Below are positions 41,619 through 55,270 of a stretch of 64,000 nt of DNA, in pieces. This stretch comes from Eledone cirrhosa (lineage: Eukaryota), in assembly GCA_964016885.1 (NCBI GenBank), contig OZ024749.1, forward strand, positions 23,498,001 through 23,562,000, written 5' to 3'. The notes under the pieces were generated by a model. The model had not been told where the DNA came from. It ran no database searches and saw nothing but the letters and a program-made list of their open reading frames with translations. Every line of letters begins with the position of its first letter. Position 1 is the stretch's first letter. The position numbers and the translations under genes were made by a program.

Positions 41619-42503
41619 CTTTAGAAACTATGCTGCATGCAACAAGCCTCCTCTCGTTCCTGCGACAGTCCTTTACAACCCACTGATGCTTTCGTGATTT
41701 CTTCCTCACCCCCTCATACCAAGCCACAGTTAGCTCCACTGGAATGAGCTGTCTTGTTACCCCGTAAACAAACATAATATCTTGTCACAACCTGGACTAT
41801 GTAATATGGGATAGAGTTTTCAGCCGTATTATCAATGTGTAAAAGGCAAACTCTCTATCATCAATTCAGTATACTTTTAACCTTTGCCTGTGGTCATAAA
41901 TCCGTGATAATGAAGGACAGAATATAACCCCAAATACAAGTGTCTGAAATGGTGTATTTAGTGTAATGTTACGCAATAACATGTTTAGCCTGGAGTAGAG
42001 GCAATCGTGTCCACGTAGAGTCGCTACAACTCCAAATTGAGAAATCATAGCTCCGGTATTTGAGGTTTGAATGTTTAATTTTGGTTTGATTGTCAAGAAT
42101 CGCTTGACAGATTTTACAAGCAAAACCACCCGGTAGGAAGTCCATGGGTAGACACCGAGCAAGACGGTTAGATGACATCCATGGGTTCGGTTGCTCTCGC
42201 TTGGGCTTTCAGCCGGATCAATTAGGTTGACTTGGTTTTGGCAGAACCCGATTGAAGGATAACTTAAGGACTCTTCCCCCACGACCCTCACAGGAATAAG
42301 TTTGGGTAGCAGAAGGAGGAGGGGAATGGAAGAAGAAGAAGAAGAAGAAGAAGAAGAAGAAGAAGAAGAAGAAGAAGAAGAAGAAGAAGAAGAAGAAGAA
42401 GAAGAAGAAGAAGAAGAAAAAAAAAATTGTCAACTCTCATCAACTATTATCCTCCTGTTCCAATCAACCCCGCCTGTATGTATATATATATATGTATATA
42501 TAT

Positions 42504-42611
42504 AAACGGAGAAAATGAAACGAAATTTCATTTCCCACTCTTAGTACGGCTGTTACTTAAATATAATTATGTATACATACATACATATATGTATACAAAC
42601 GTACAGTAGCA

Positions 42612-42683
<72 letters not shown>

Positions 42684-43379
42684 CTTGCACGCATATATAT
42701 GTACGTATGGATTCACCGAACATTTATTATAATGCTCGGTGTGTTTGTAAACAAACATTCCGAATTAAGCCGCACAGTGTCTAGCAACCATCGTTGCTCA
42801 TTTGTTCAACACTGACAAAGGAACGCTGTACTAATTTCAAGCTTATTAGCTATCGTCAGCACCGTATACCTTCCTACCAGATGGTTGAAAGTCTGAAAGT
42901 ATTTACTTTCCTCGTGCATATTAACGGCTGACCGGCCTAATTTGCATATCGAGTGAGTTAATCGGCCGGGGTTAGGGTTAGGGTTAGGATTAGGGAAAAC
43001 AATAAACGGAAAAAATGAAACGAAATTTCCATTCTCACTCATAGTAAGGCTGTTACTTAAATATAAGTATGTATACGTACATACATATATGTATACAGAA
43101 GTACAGTAGTATGTATGTATATATATATATATATATATTTATAGCGAGGGAAAAGTGGTAAGGAACCAGGTGGACCATAACGCACCAAAGTACTCAATAC
43201 TTAGGGTAGTAGAGTGGGTAATAGGAGTAAGTAAGACCCCGACGGCTGAGCTCAAGCCGTTTCGACGGCTAATTCTGTAAACGAACATCCCGAATTAAGC
43301 CGTACAGTGTCTAGCAACCATCGTTGCTCATTTGTTCAACATTGACAAAGGAACGCTATACTAGATTCAAGCTTATTAG

Positions 43380-43418
<39 letters not shown>

Positions 43419-44000
43419 AACAAGTAAGACTCCGACAGCTGAGCTCAAGCCGTTTCTACGGCTAATTCTGTAAACGAACATCCCGAATTAAGCCGTACAG
43501 TGTCTAGCAACCATCGTTGCTCATTTGTTCAATATTGACAAAGGAACGCTATACTAGATTCAAGCTTATTAGCTATCGTCAGCAACGTATACCTTCCTGC
43601 CAGATGGTTGAACGACTGAAAGTATTTACTTTCCTTATGCACATTATCGGCTGAGCAGCCTAATTTGCATATCGAGTGAGTTAATCGGCTGGGGTAGTAT
43701 AAACGGAAAAAATGAAACGAAATTTCATTTCTCACTCGATATGCAAATTAGGCTGCTCAGCAGTTAATATGCATAAGGAAAGTAAATACTTTCAGACGTT
43801 CAACCATCTGGCAGGAAGGTATACGTTGCTGACGATAGCTAATAAGCTTGAAACTAGTACATCGTTCCTTTGTCTGTGTTGAACAAATGAGCAACGATGG
43901 TTGCTAAACCCTGTACGGCTTAATTCGGAATGTTTGTTTACAAACACACCGAGCATTATAATAAATGTTCGGTGAATCCATACGTACATATATATATATA
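42504..44000. mobile_element. Retrozyme-like family B (~500-bp monomer), tandem and inverted copies, interrupted by family C fragments
   Basis: Period 500 (42504/43004); inversion at ~43735; HHRs at 42823-42865(-), 43546-43588(-, GAAT variant), 43823-43865(+). Confidence 0.8.
43823..43865 (+). ncRNA. Minimal type I hammerhead, family B
   Basis: acgttg-CTGACGA-tagct(aata)agctt-GAAA-ctag-TA-catcgt. Confidence 0.72.
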
Positions 44001-44054
44001 TATGTGCATGTATGTAATATATATATATATATATATATTGAGAGAGAGAGAGAG

Positions 44055-46280
44055 AGAATTAATACATCTACCAACATATGTGTACAGATGTACACTCATG
44101 CTAGCAAATATATAAGTTATGTCTTAGTACCGATGTGGTTCTATGCAGGGGGGGTGCAGAACAATTATATGAAAGACGTAAAATAAGAGAATTTTAAAAA
44201 TTTAAAATTAAAAATCAACATACTAAAATTTTCACTCCAACTAATTAGTTTCTGTAATGGGATAAATATAGTTACATAATATTATTATAGAGAATTCATT
44301 ACGTCATCAGGGAGTCTATTCTCAGCTAAGTTCCCAGGCAATGCGCGGCCACTAGGAACCCATATAGAAATAATGATTCAGTGGATGAAATAAAGCTAGC
44401 GAGGACTAAATTCCGGAGCACTGAAAACATTTTTCACTGCCTCTGGTCAGTGGCAGATTCTAAAGAATCAATCACGTGACACCGAGGTTAATCAGTTAGG
44501 AGCGGGGTGGTATTATGACAAGAGCCTACTACTACCATGAAACAGCAGTAAAGTTTGGCAAGTTTTGCTCAACAAATAATTTGGAGATAAATATAGAGAA
44601 TTAGTACATCTACCAACATATGTGTACAGATGTACACTCATGCTAGCAAATATATAAGTTATGTCTTAGTACCTATGTGGTTCTAAGCAGGGCGTGCAGA
44701 ACAATTATATGAAAGACGTAAAATAAGAGAATTTTAAAAATTAAAAATCAACTTACTTACTAAAATGTTCACTCCAACTAATTAGTTTCTGTAATGGGAT
44801 AAATATAGTTACATAATATTACTATAGAGAATTCATTACGTCATCAGGGAGTCTATTCTTAGCTAAGTTCCCAGGCAATGCGCGGCCACTAGGAACCCAT
44901 ATAAAAATAATGATTCAGTGGATGAAATAAAGCTAGCGAGGACTAAATTCCGGAGCACTGAAAAAATGTTTCACTGCCTCTGGTCAGTGGCAGATTCTAA
45001 AGAATCAATCACGTGACACCGAGGTTAATCAGTTAGGAGTCGGGTGGTATTATGACAAGAGCCTACTACTACCATGAAACAGCAGTAAATTTTGGCAAGT
45101 TTTGCTCAACAAATAATTTGGAGATAATGAGTTGGAGTGGAAATATTAGTAAGTAAGTTGATTTTTAATTTTTAAAATGCTCTTATTTTACGTTTTCCAT
45201 ATAATTGTTCTGCACCCCCCTGCATAGAACCACATCAGTACTAAGACTAACTTATATATTTGCTAGCATGAGTGTACATCTGTACACATATGTTGGTAGA
45301 TGTACTAATTCTCTATATTTATCTCCAAATTATTTGTTGAGCAAAACTTGCCAACATTTAGTGCTGTTTCATGGTAGTAGTAGGCTCTTGTCATAATACC
45401 ACCCCGCTCCTAACTGATTAACCTCGGTGTCACGTGATTGATTCTTTAGAATGTACCACTGACCAGAGGGAGTGAAGAATGTTTTCAGTGCTCCGGAATT
45501 TAGTCCTCGCTAGCTTTATTTCATCCACTGAATCATTATTTTTATATGGGTTCCTAGTGTCCGCGCATTGCCTGGGAACTTAGCTGAAAATAGACTCCCT
45601 GACGACGTAATGAATTCTCCCTAGTTATATTATGTAACTATATTTATCCCATTACAGAAACTAATTAGTTGGAGTGAAAATTTTAGTATGTTGACTTTTA
45701 ATTTTTAATTTTTAAAATTCTCTTATTTTACGTCTTTCATATAATTGTTCTGCACCCCCTGCATAGAACCACATCGGTACTAAGACATAACTTATATATT
45801 TGCTAGCATGAGTGTACATCTGTACACATATGTTGGTAGATGTACTAATTCTTTATATTTATCTCCAAATTATTTGTTGAGCAAAACTTGCCAACATTTA
45901 CTGCTGTTCCATGGTAGTAGTAGTAGGCTCTTGTCATAATACCACCCCGCTCCTAACTGATTAACCTCGCTGTCACGTGATTGATTCTTTAGAATCTGCC
46001 ACTGACCAGATGTATTGAAAAAAAATTTCAGTGCTCCGGAATTTAGTCATCGCTAGCTTTATTTCATCCACTGAATCATTATTTTAATATGGGTTCATAG
46101 TATCCGCGCATTACCTGGGAACTTAGCTGAGAATAGACTCCTTGATGACGTAATGAATTCTCTATAGTAATATTATGTAGCTATATTTATCCCATTACAG
46201 AAACTAATTAGTTGGAGTGAAAATTTTAGAAAGTAAGTTAATTTTTAATTTTTAAAATTCTCTTATTTTACGTCTTTCAT
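44055..46280. mobile_element. Retrozyme-like family A array: two minus-strand monomers then ~2.1 plus-strand monomers (537-543 bp)
   Basis: HHRs at 44234-44315(-), 44771-44852(-), 45594-45675(+), 46137-46218(+, C3U); inversion at ~45128; homologous to 16719-17620. Confidence 0.87.
45594..45675 (+). ncRNA. Type I hammerhead, family A
   Basis: actcc-CTGACGA-cgtaatg...cattaca-GAAA-ctaattag-TT-ggagt. Confidence 0.82.
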
Positions 46281-46289
46281 ATATATATA

Positions 46290-46765
46290 TATATACATAC
46301 TACTGTACGTCTGTATACATATATGTATGTATGTATACATAATTATATTTAAGTAACAGCCGTATTAGGAGTGAGAAATGAAATTTCGTTTCATTTTTTC
46401 CGTTTATTGTTTTCGGTACCCCGGCCAATTAATTCACTCGATATGCAAATTAGGCTGCTCAGCCGTTAATATGCATACGGAATATAAATATTTTCAGACG
46501 TTCAACCATCTGGCAGGAATGTATACGTTGCTGACGATAGCTAATGAGCTTGAAACTAGTACAGCGTTCCTTTGTCAGTGTTGAACAAATGAACAACGAT
46601 GGTTGCTGGACCCTACGGCTTAATTCGGGATATTTGTTTACAAACACACAGGGCATTATAATAAATTTCGGTGAATCCATACGTACATATATATATGTAT
46701 GTATATATATATATACATACTACTGTACGTCTGTATACATAAATGTATGTACGTATACATACTTA
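46290..46765 (+). mobile_element. Continuation of family B monomer after the family A insertion
   Basis: Resumes the family B sequence interrupted at the (TA)n tract near 44000. Confidence 0.8.
46525..46567 (+). ncRNA. Minimal type I hammerhead, family B
   Basis: acgttg-CTGACGA-tagct(aatg)agctt-GAAA-ctag-TA-cagcgt; 6-bp stem I, palindromic CTAG stem III. Confidence 0.8.
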
Positions 46766-46871
46766 TATATATATATATATATATATATATACGTGTGTGT
46801 GTGCCTTTCTCTCTCTCTCTCTGTATATATATATATATATATATACGTGTACAGAAAGAGCAAGTTAGATT

Positions 46872-46915
<44 letters not shown>

Positions 46916-46952
46916 CTGACAGAAAGATAGAGATAGAGAGAGAGAGGGGGAA

Positions 46953-47029
<77 letters not shown>

Positions 47030-47517
47030 GAGTGACTAAAAGCTTTTCTTCGTGATTCATCTATTATTAGTTTAATACGATAATTGTGAGCCAAAGAGAT
47101 AGGAATTTTCTTTGATACGAAGGAATCATCCCAATCTTGTTTAGATAGTTAAAAGGAAAGAGTTGGTCTCCAATCGTTCTCAACATTAATAATATGCAAA
47201 TGATGGCGAATAAAAGGATTTGACGAATGTCTCTAAGAATATCAAAAGCAGACGATGTGTGTCTGTGCGTGTGAGAGAGTGAGAGGGAGGGAGAGAGAGA
47301 GTGAAGAGAGAGGGAGAAAAAGGGCGAGAGAGAATGGAGAGAGAGAGGGGGAGATATGAGAGAGAGAGAGAGAAGAGATAGAGAGTGAGAGAGATATAGT
47401 AAGTGCTAGTGAGCGTAGGAGAAGGAGAGAGTGAAAGATATTGGTGGTAGATAAAGAGAGAGACATAGATAGATAGATGGATAGATACAGAGAGGGAGAG
47501 AGAGGGAGAGAGAGAGT

Positions 47518-47560
<43 letters not shown>

Positions 47561-47927
47561 TGAGATAGTGGTGAAATAGAGAAAGAGAAAGAGAGAGAGA
47601 TAGTGAGCGCGGGAAAGAGAGAGAAGAGAGATAGTGGTGGGAGAGAGAAAGAGAGAAAGAGGAAGAGAGAAAGAGAAAGAGAGAGATAGAAATAGAGAGT
47701 GAGAAAGAAAGAGAGAGTGTGAGATAGTGGTGAAAGACAGAGATATATATAGAGAGAGAGAGATAGTGGTAGGAGAGAGAGAGTTAATTGTGGGAGTGAG
47801 AAAGAGCTTATAAGAAAAACATTTTGAATTTAAAGAAATAATGAAAGAAACTTTTTCTTTTTTCAAAACCATTTGACATTGAATTGGGGAAGATAAAGAA
47901 TAAAATGATTTATTAGAGATAACAGCG

Positions 47928-48003
<76 letters not shown>

Positions 48004-48119
48004 AGCTGTTGCTGCTACTGTCGCTGCTGCCACTATCAGCACCAGTATGTCCACCTCCACATCCATTACTACTACTACAACAACAACACCTACTACTACT
48101 ACTAATAATAATATAATAA

Positions 48120-48515
48120 TTGTTGCTACTTTTGGCACAAGGCCAGCAATTATGCCAGTGCATTACTGGTACTTTATTCTATCGAACCCGTAAGGATGAA
48201 AGGCAAAGTTAACCTCGGCGTGATTGGAACTCAGAAAGTAAAGTGCCATAACTCTATGCAGGAAAGCATGGCGTCCAAACCTCTACTGGTACTGCCTGAT
48301 AATAATGATAATAATTTCTAATTTTCGGCACGAGGCCGTAATTTGATGGGAAGTGAAAGTCGATTAAATCGACCCGAGGGCATGATTAGTTCTGTATTTT
48401 ATCGACTCCGTAAGAGTGAAAGCCAACATCGGCAGGAATTAAACTCTGATCGTAAAGGACCGTAACTCTATGCCATAAAGTGTATTGTTCCGACGCTCTA
48501 ACGACTCTGCCAATC
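48120..48515 (-). mobile_element. Two tandem tRNA/Deu(Nin)-type SINEs
   Basis: Family core and tail motifs. Confidence 0.8.
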
Positions 48516-49381
48516 CATCTATTTTTAGCATACGGTAAAGAATATAAGTTCAGAGGGAAATTCTTATAATCAATCTACGTACTTCTATATTGTTTTACTT
48601 TATGGAAACCAAAACAATCACAGGCCAATTTAACCTTGGGTCGCAGCTCTAAATTAACACTTTTTCTTTCGCTACCAGTCATCACCTAACCATATATGTT
48701 TTGAATCTTATTATGTTTTCACTTACCGATGTCTAGAAAGTGACGCTGAGTGAAGGATCAGTATTGACTACAAATTATTTTCCATTTGTTATTGTATTTG
48801 GGCACACGAGGGAACCAGCCCAACCAGATGTTTTCACTACATACCCAGATCCGAATTCTCTACATATTTCAGCGTGTGTGGTTTTTCCTGGTCGATACAG
48901 AAGATATTGTTCGATACGGCTATTATTGATGCCCTTTCGATGCCCTTTCAATGGTTATAGAAAGGTGTACTTGACTTTCACGGGATATTTTTTCACGTTC
49001 ACACTTCAGATAATAAACTGAGTTCGGGAGGTATTTTCTTTTGCAACGTAACACTCCCAGGCATAATTTTCGTTCATTAATCACATATGCCATTAAATAC
49101 CTTTCGTCGCTGGCGCCAGTTGCAGCAAACCCTCGGCAAATCCAGAACAATGGAAAGCGAGGAGAAAGGAATTGATGATGAAGAAGAATAAAGAGGAGAA
49201 GGAGAAGCAGAAGAACTAAGATGAACAATCCAGAAGCAAACAGAAAGGGAACCAAAATGGGCGAAAATCAAAGAATTGCAAGAGCAGGATACAAAAGAAA
49301 GAGAGAATTTAATGAGAATGTAGCTATTGTTGCTGGTGATGATAATTATGACGTTGGTGATGGTGATGATGATGATGATGA

Positions 49382-49448
<67 letters not shown>

Positions 49449-49717
49449 GAAGAAGAAGAAGAAGAAGAAGAAGATGATGATGATGATGATGATGACGATG
49501 ATGAGGTTGACAATATCGATGATTAATATTATGAAGATGATGCTATTGCTTCCGGTGTTGATGATTATGATGGTGATCGTCATCATCATCATCATCACCA
49601 TCACCATCATGACATAAAAAAAGACAACGACGATGATGATGATAATATCTTAAAGAGAATGATGATGGTGTCAACGACAAGCTTGAAAGTATGGACGATG
49701 TTGTTGATTATAGTAAT

Positions 49718-49880
49718 TGTTTCTACATTTGGCACAAGGCCAGCAATTAACCAGTACATTACTGGTACTTCCCCGTAAGGAGGAAAGGTAAAGTTAACCT
49801 CGGCGGGATTTGAACTCAGATCGTAAAGGGACGTAACTATGCTGGAAAGCATGTCCGACCCTCAAACGATATTGCCAATT
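49718..49880 (-). mobile_element. tRNA/Deu(Nin)-type SINE, internally deleted
   Basis: Family tail and B-box. Confidence 0.78.
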
Positions 49881-50423
49881 CAACAATAATGATAATAATA
49901 ATGATAATAACATATCATGATGATGATGATTAGGATGTTGATGGTGATGACGATAATGCTGATGATGATGATCGACATCGTCCTCATCATCATCATCGTC
50001 GTCATCATCATCATAATAAGCAACACTGCAAGAAGGACGTTATGGAAGAATTAGATACTGAATAAGCTACAGGTTAAAAAAAAAATCAAAATGGACGCAT
50101 TGTAAACATTATTAGCAGGAATAATGAACGTTAGAAAGGGAGATAAACGGTGACAAAAGAAAAATGACGGAAAGTGAAGATAATATCGTTTGCATTCGTT
50201 CAGTGTTTCAGTGTTTTTATATTCCCTGTTCTACCATTGAAATTTCTGTTCTAGATACTTTTATTTGGTCGGTTATGTATGTGTGGTGTATGTGTTAGTA
50301 CGTATGTGTCTATGTATGTATTTATGAATGTATGTATGTATATACGTATGTATAATGCCTGTGGATGTGTAGTGTGTGTGTATGTATATATGTATGCATA
50401 TAATGTACGTATAACTAAATATG

Positions 50424-50534
<111 letters not shown>

Positions 50535-50571
50535 ATACTTTGGGAAGGTCATGTTGCCAATATATCAGAAA

Positions 50572-50635
<64 letters not shown>

Positions 50636-50688
50636 GTATACATATGTATATATATACATATATGTATACATATATATATATATTCATA

Positions 50689-50812
<124 letters not shown>

Positions 50813-52294
50813 CATATACACACATATATATATAGACACATATACACAAACACACACGCGCACTCAATATTTAAATCTATATATATGTATATAAATATGT
50901 GTGTATATGTGTGTTGTGTGTGTGTGTGTATGTGCGTGTGTGTGTGTGTCGATGCGGCTTCGTCTTTAATGTTTCCTGACAATTGTAGAGAATTGTTCAC
51001 ATGAAGTGATGTATCTTTACACTATTTCCCATTGCGGAAATGAAACGTTCAATACTCCATCGTCATCATTGCTGTGAAACCAAAATGGCGCCGATTGTTA
51101 TTTTTTGTTCTTTGTTTACATTTTTTGTTTTTTCTTCCTTTTTAATGTCGAAACATTTATACATTCATTTAATACTCTTTTCCTTTTAACCTCTTAATTG
51201 TGAATATTAATGCTGTGCTAGAGATCGAACAACTAGCATACTCATCGTTGGTATCGACACAGGTCAAAGACGAATTTGTTCAAAGGAAAAACATATAAAG
51301 AAATATAGAAATATAAAATCGAATGTGCATGTATCAACAGTCTTTTTCTCTGAATATAGCAAGAAATCTCGGAAACGCAACGTAAATTCGCTTTCACTAA
51401 CTAGAAAAGAGCTTGAAATTATACACAGGAATTCAATTTAGAGCAGATTTTACTACAGCAATAATAGTAATTGAAATAAAAGTCTGGTGTGTTAGAGATG
51501 CTATCTTGTGTAAATATTCTGCTTGTATTATTCCTCTCGGAATTGTGTCGACCTTTTATAAAAACCTCGTTACCATAATTTTAATGAACTAGTTTATCTA
51601 TGATTTTCAAATCAACGTCTTAATAATATAAATAGCTGTCTTGTTACGTAGTTGCAGCGTGGAACAGAACTCAGGAAAGTTGCTGACATAAATTCGTGAT
51701 AGGAACGTTTAGGTATAAACAATTTAACTCATTCGTTAGAATATTTCTAATTAGTGAATTTTCTCATAATTTTCAAATCAACTTCTTACTAATACAGTGA
51801 GCTTTCAAACTACACAGGTGTTGTTTGGGACTTAATAAATTCACAATGGAAACTTCTCAATATAGGTACTTTTGGATATAAATACTTTTGGTTATGAAGA
51901 CTTTAGCTAATTCATGACTACATTTCTAATGAGCGATTCTGCCTATGGTTTTCACATGAACGTGTTAGTGTTGTATTGTCATGTAACTGAACTTAACAAA
52001 GTCGAACACATAAATTCACGATGGGAACTTTTGGATACAAATACATTGGGATATAAACCCTTTAGATAATTCGTTCCCATATTTCTAGTGATCGACTTAA
52101 TCTATGATATTTAAATCAACGTCTTAATAATCTAACTATCTTTCTTGTTATCTAGCTGTTGTTTGGAACATAACTTAACAAAGTTGCTGATATAAATTTA
52201 TGATGGAATCTTCTGAATATAAACACTTTTGAATATTGCTTTATTACTCTACCTGTTCCAACCGACAGGCTAAGGGAATGTTAGGGCACCACCA

Positions 52295-53060
52295 TTGTGA
52301 ATATGAACACTTTTGAATATGAACACTTTTGAATATATACAGTGTTGGATATATAGACTTTTAAATATATACACTTTTGGATATATACAGTGTTGGATAT
52401 ACATACTTTTAAATATATGCACTTTTGGATATATACAGTGATGGATATATAGACTTTTAAATATATACACTTTTGGATATATACAGTGTTGGATATACAA
52501 ACTTTTAAATATATACACTTTTGGATATATACAGTGATGGATATATAGACTTTTAAATATATACACTTTTGGATATATACAGTGTTGGATATATAGACTT
52601 TTAAATATATACACTTTTGAATATATACAGTGCTGGATATATAGACTTTTAAATATATACACTTTTGGATATATACAGTGTTGGATATATAGACTTTTAA
52701 ATATATACACTTTTGGATATATACAGTGTTGGATATATAGACTTTTAAATATATACACTTTTGGATATATACAGTGTTGGATATATAGACTTTTTAAATA
52801 TATACCCATTTGGATATATACAGTGTTGGATATATAGACTTTTGAATATATAGACTTTTGAATATAAACACTTTTGGATATAAACACTTTAGGATAGAAA
52901 TAATTTTGGATATATACACATTGGTATATAAACAATTTTGGATATAAACACTTCTGAATATAAACACTTGTATATAAACACTTTTGGATATAAACACCTT
53001 ACAATCTAAATACTTCGGAATATGAACATTTTTGGATATAAATACTTTTGGATATATACA
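52295..53060. repeat. Satellite: 48-bp unit made of three 16-bp subunits (acttttggatatatac-like)
   Basis: acttttggatatatacagtgttggatatatagacttttaaatatatac repeated; degenerates to 16-mers at the edges. Confidence 0.92.
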
Positions 53061-53139
53061 ATGTAGCTCATGTCTGACCTAATGTCTACTGAAAGATATT
53101 GTCTATAATATTCGAATGAATTATTCTGCATATATTATT

Positions 53140-55270
53140 TAGCAAGAGTATGATATATATTAATTATTATGAATCATACAAACAAATAATTTAGTAAGAA
53201 TTATTACGTACAGGAGAATATGATTCATACTGATAATTTAGTAAGAATTATTATATAGAGAACAGTATGTGTCTTACTAGTAATGTTGTATGATATATTA
53301 TAGAGAGAAGAGTATGGATCTTGCTAATTAATATTCATGAATTATCATATAGTGAAGGGTGGGATACCATGCTTTGAAGCATAGAGTTACGACCGTTTGT
53401 GCTCTGAGTTCGAATCTCGCTGAGGTTAAGTTTGCTTTTCATCGTTACGTGGTCGATAAAATAGAGCACCAGTAATGCAGTGGGATAATTGCTGCCTTTG
53501 TGCCAAAAGTAAAAACATTTATATACAGAAGAATATGAGGCTTACAAACTATTATGTATGAATTATTATATAGAGTAGAGTATGTTTTTACTAACTAATA
53601 TGTATGAATTATGATATAGAGAAGAGTATGGACCGTAGTAATAATCTAGCATAAATTATGATATAGAGAAGAGTATGGATCGTAGCAATAATTTAGCATA
53701 AATTATGATATAGAGAATAGTATGGATCGTAGTAATAATTTAGCATGAATTATGATATAGAGAATAGTATGGATCGTAGTAATAATTTAGCATAAATTAT
53801 GATATAGAGAAGAGTATGGATCGTAGTAATAATTTAGCATAAATTATGATATAGAGAATAGTATGGATCGTAGTAATAATTTAGCATAAATTATGATATA
53901 GAGAATAGTATGGATCGTAGTAATAATTTAGCATAAATTATGATATAGAGAAGAGTATGGATCGTAGTAATAGTTTAGCATGAATTATGATATAGAGAAG
54001 AGTATGGATCGTAGTAATAGTTTAGCATAAATTATGATATAGAGAAGAGTATGGATCGTAGTAATAGTTTAGCATAAATTATGATATAGAGATGAGTATG
54101 GATCGTAGTAATAGTTTAGCATAAATTATGATATAGAGAAGAGTATGGATCGTAGTAATAGTTTAGCATAAACTATGATATAGAGAAGAGTATGGATCGT
54201 AGTAATAATTTAGCATAAATTATGATATAGAGAAGAGTATGGATCGTAGTAATAATTTAGCATAAATTATGATATAGAGAAGAGTATGGATCGTAGTAAT
54301 AATTTAGCATAAATTATGATATAGAGAAGAGTATGGATCGTAGTAATAATTTAGCATAAATTATGATATAGAGAAGAGTATGGATCGTAGAAATAATTTA
54401 GGATGAATTATGATATAGAGAAGAGTATTATCGTAGTAATAACTTAGGATGAATTATTATATAGAGAAGAGTATGGCTCGTAGTAATAATTTAGCATAAA
54501 TTATGATATAAAGAAGAGTATGGATCGTAGTAATAATTTAGCATAAATTATGATATAGAGAAGAGTATGGATCGTAGTAATAATTTAAGATGAATTATGA
54601 TATAGAGAAGAGTATGGATCGTAGTAATAATTTAGCATAAATTATGATATAGAGAAGAGTATGGATCGTAGTAATAATTTAGGATGAATTATTACATAGA
54701 GAAGAGTATGGATCGTAGTAATAATTTAGGATGAATTATTATATTGAGAAGAGTATGGATCGTAGTAATAATTTAGGATGAATTATTATATTGAGAAGAG
54801 TATGGATCGTAGTAATAATTTAGGATGAATTATTATATTGAGAAGAGTATGGGTCGTAGTAATAATTTAGGATGAATTATTATATTGAGAAGAGTATGGA
54901 TCGTAGTAATAATTTAGGATGAATTATTATATTGAGAAGAGTATGGGTCGTAGTAATAATTTAGCATGAATTATTATATTGAGAAGAGTATGGATCGTAG
55001 TAATAATTTAGGATGAATTATTATATTGAGAAGAGTATGGATCGTAGTAATAATTTAGGATGAATTATTATATTGAGAAGAGTATGGGTCGTAGTAATAA
55101 TTTAGGATGAATTATTATATTGAGAAGAGTATGGGTCGTAGTAATAATTTAGGATGAATTATGATATAGAGAAGAGTATGGGTTTTACTAATAATTTTGT
55201 AGGATTTATGTTATAGAGAAGTGTATGGATTGTAGTAATAGTTATGTATGAATTATTATTAATAGAAGAT
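53140..55270. repeat. 47-bp tandem satellite (tatagagaagagtatggatcgtagtaataatttagcataaattatga)
   Basis: Period 47 (e.g. 53709/53756); homogeneous core ~53600-55180 with degenerate flanks. Confidence 0.95.
53345..53520 (+). mobile_element. 5'-truncated SINE inserted in the satellite flank
   Basis: gagttcgaatctc B-box, gcttttcatcgttacgtggtcgataaaata core, tgtgccaaaagt tail. Confidence 0.75.

Noticed and set aside
52270-52935. 221-aa ORF with 16-aa repeats containing His and Cys
   Set aside because: Translation of the 48-bp satellite; spacing does not fit a zinc finger
53600-55180. 47-bp array (and the 69-bp and 48-bp arrays) as CRISPR
   Set aside because: Contiguous tandem units with no unique spacers, eukaryotic context, no cas genes
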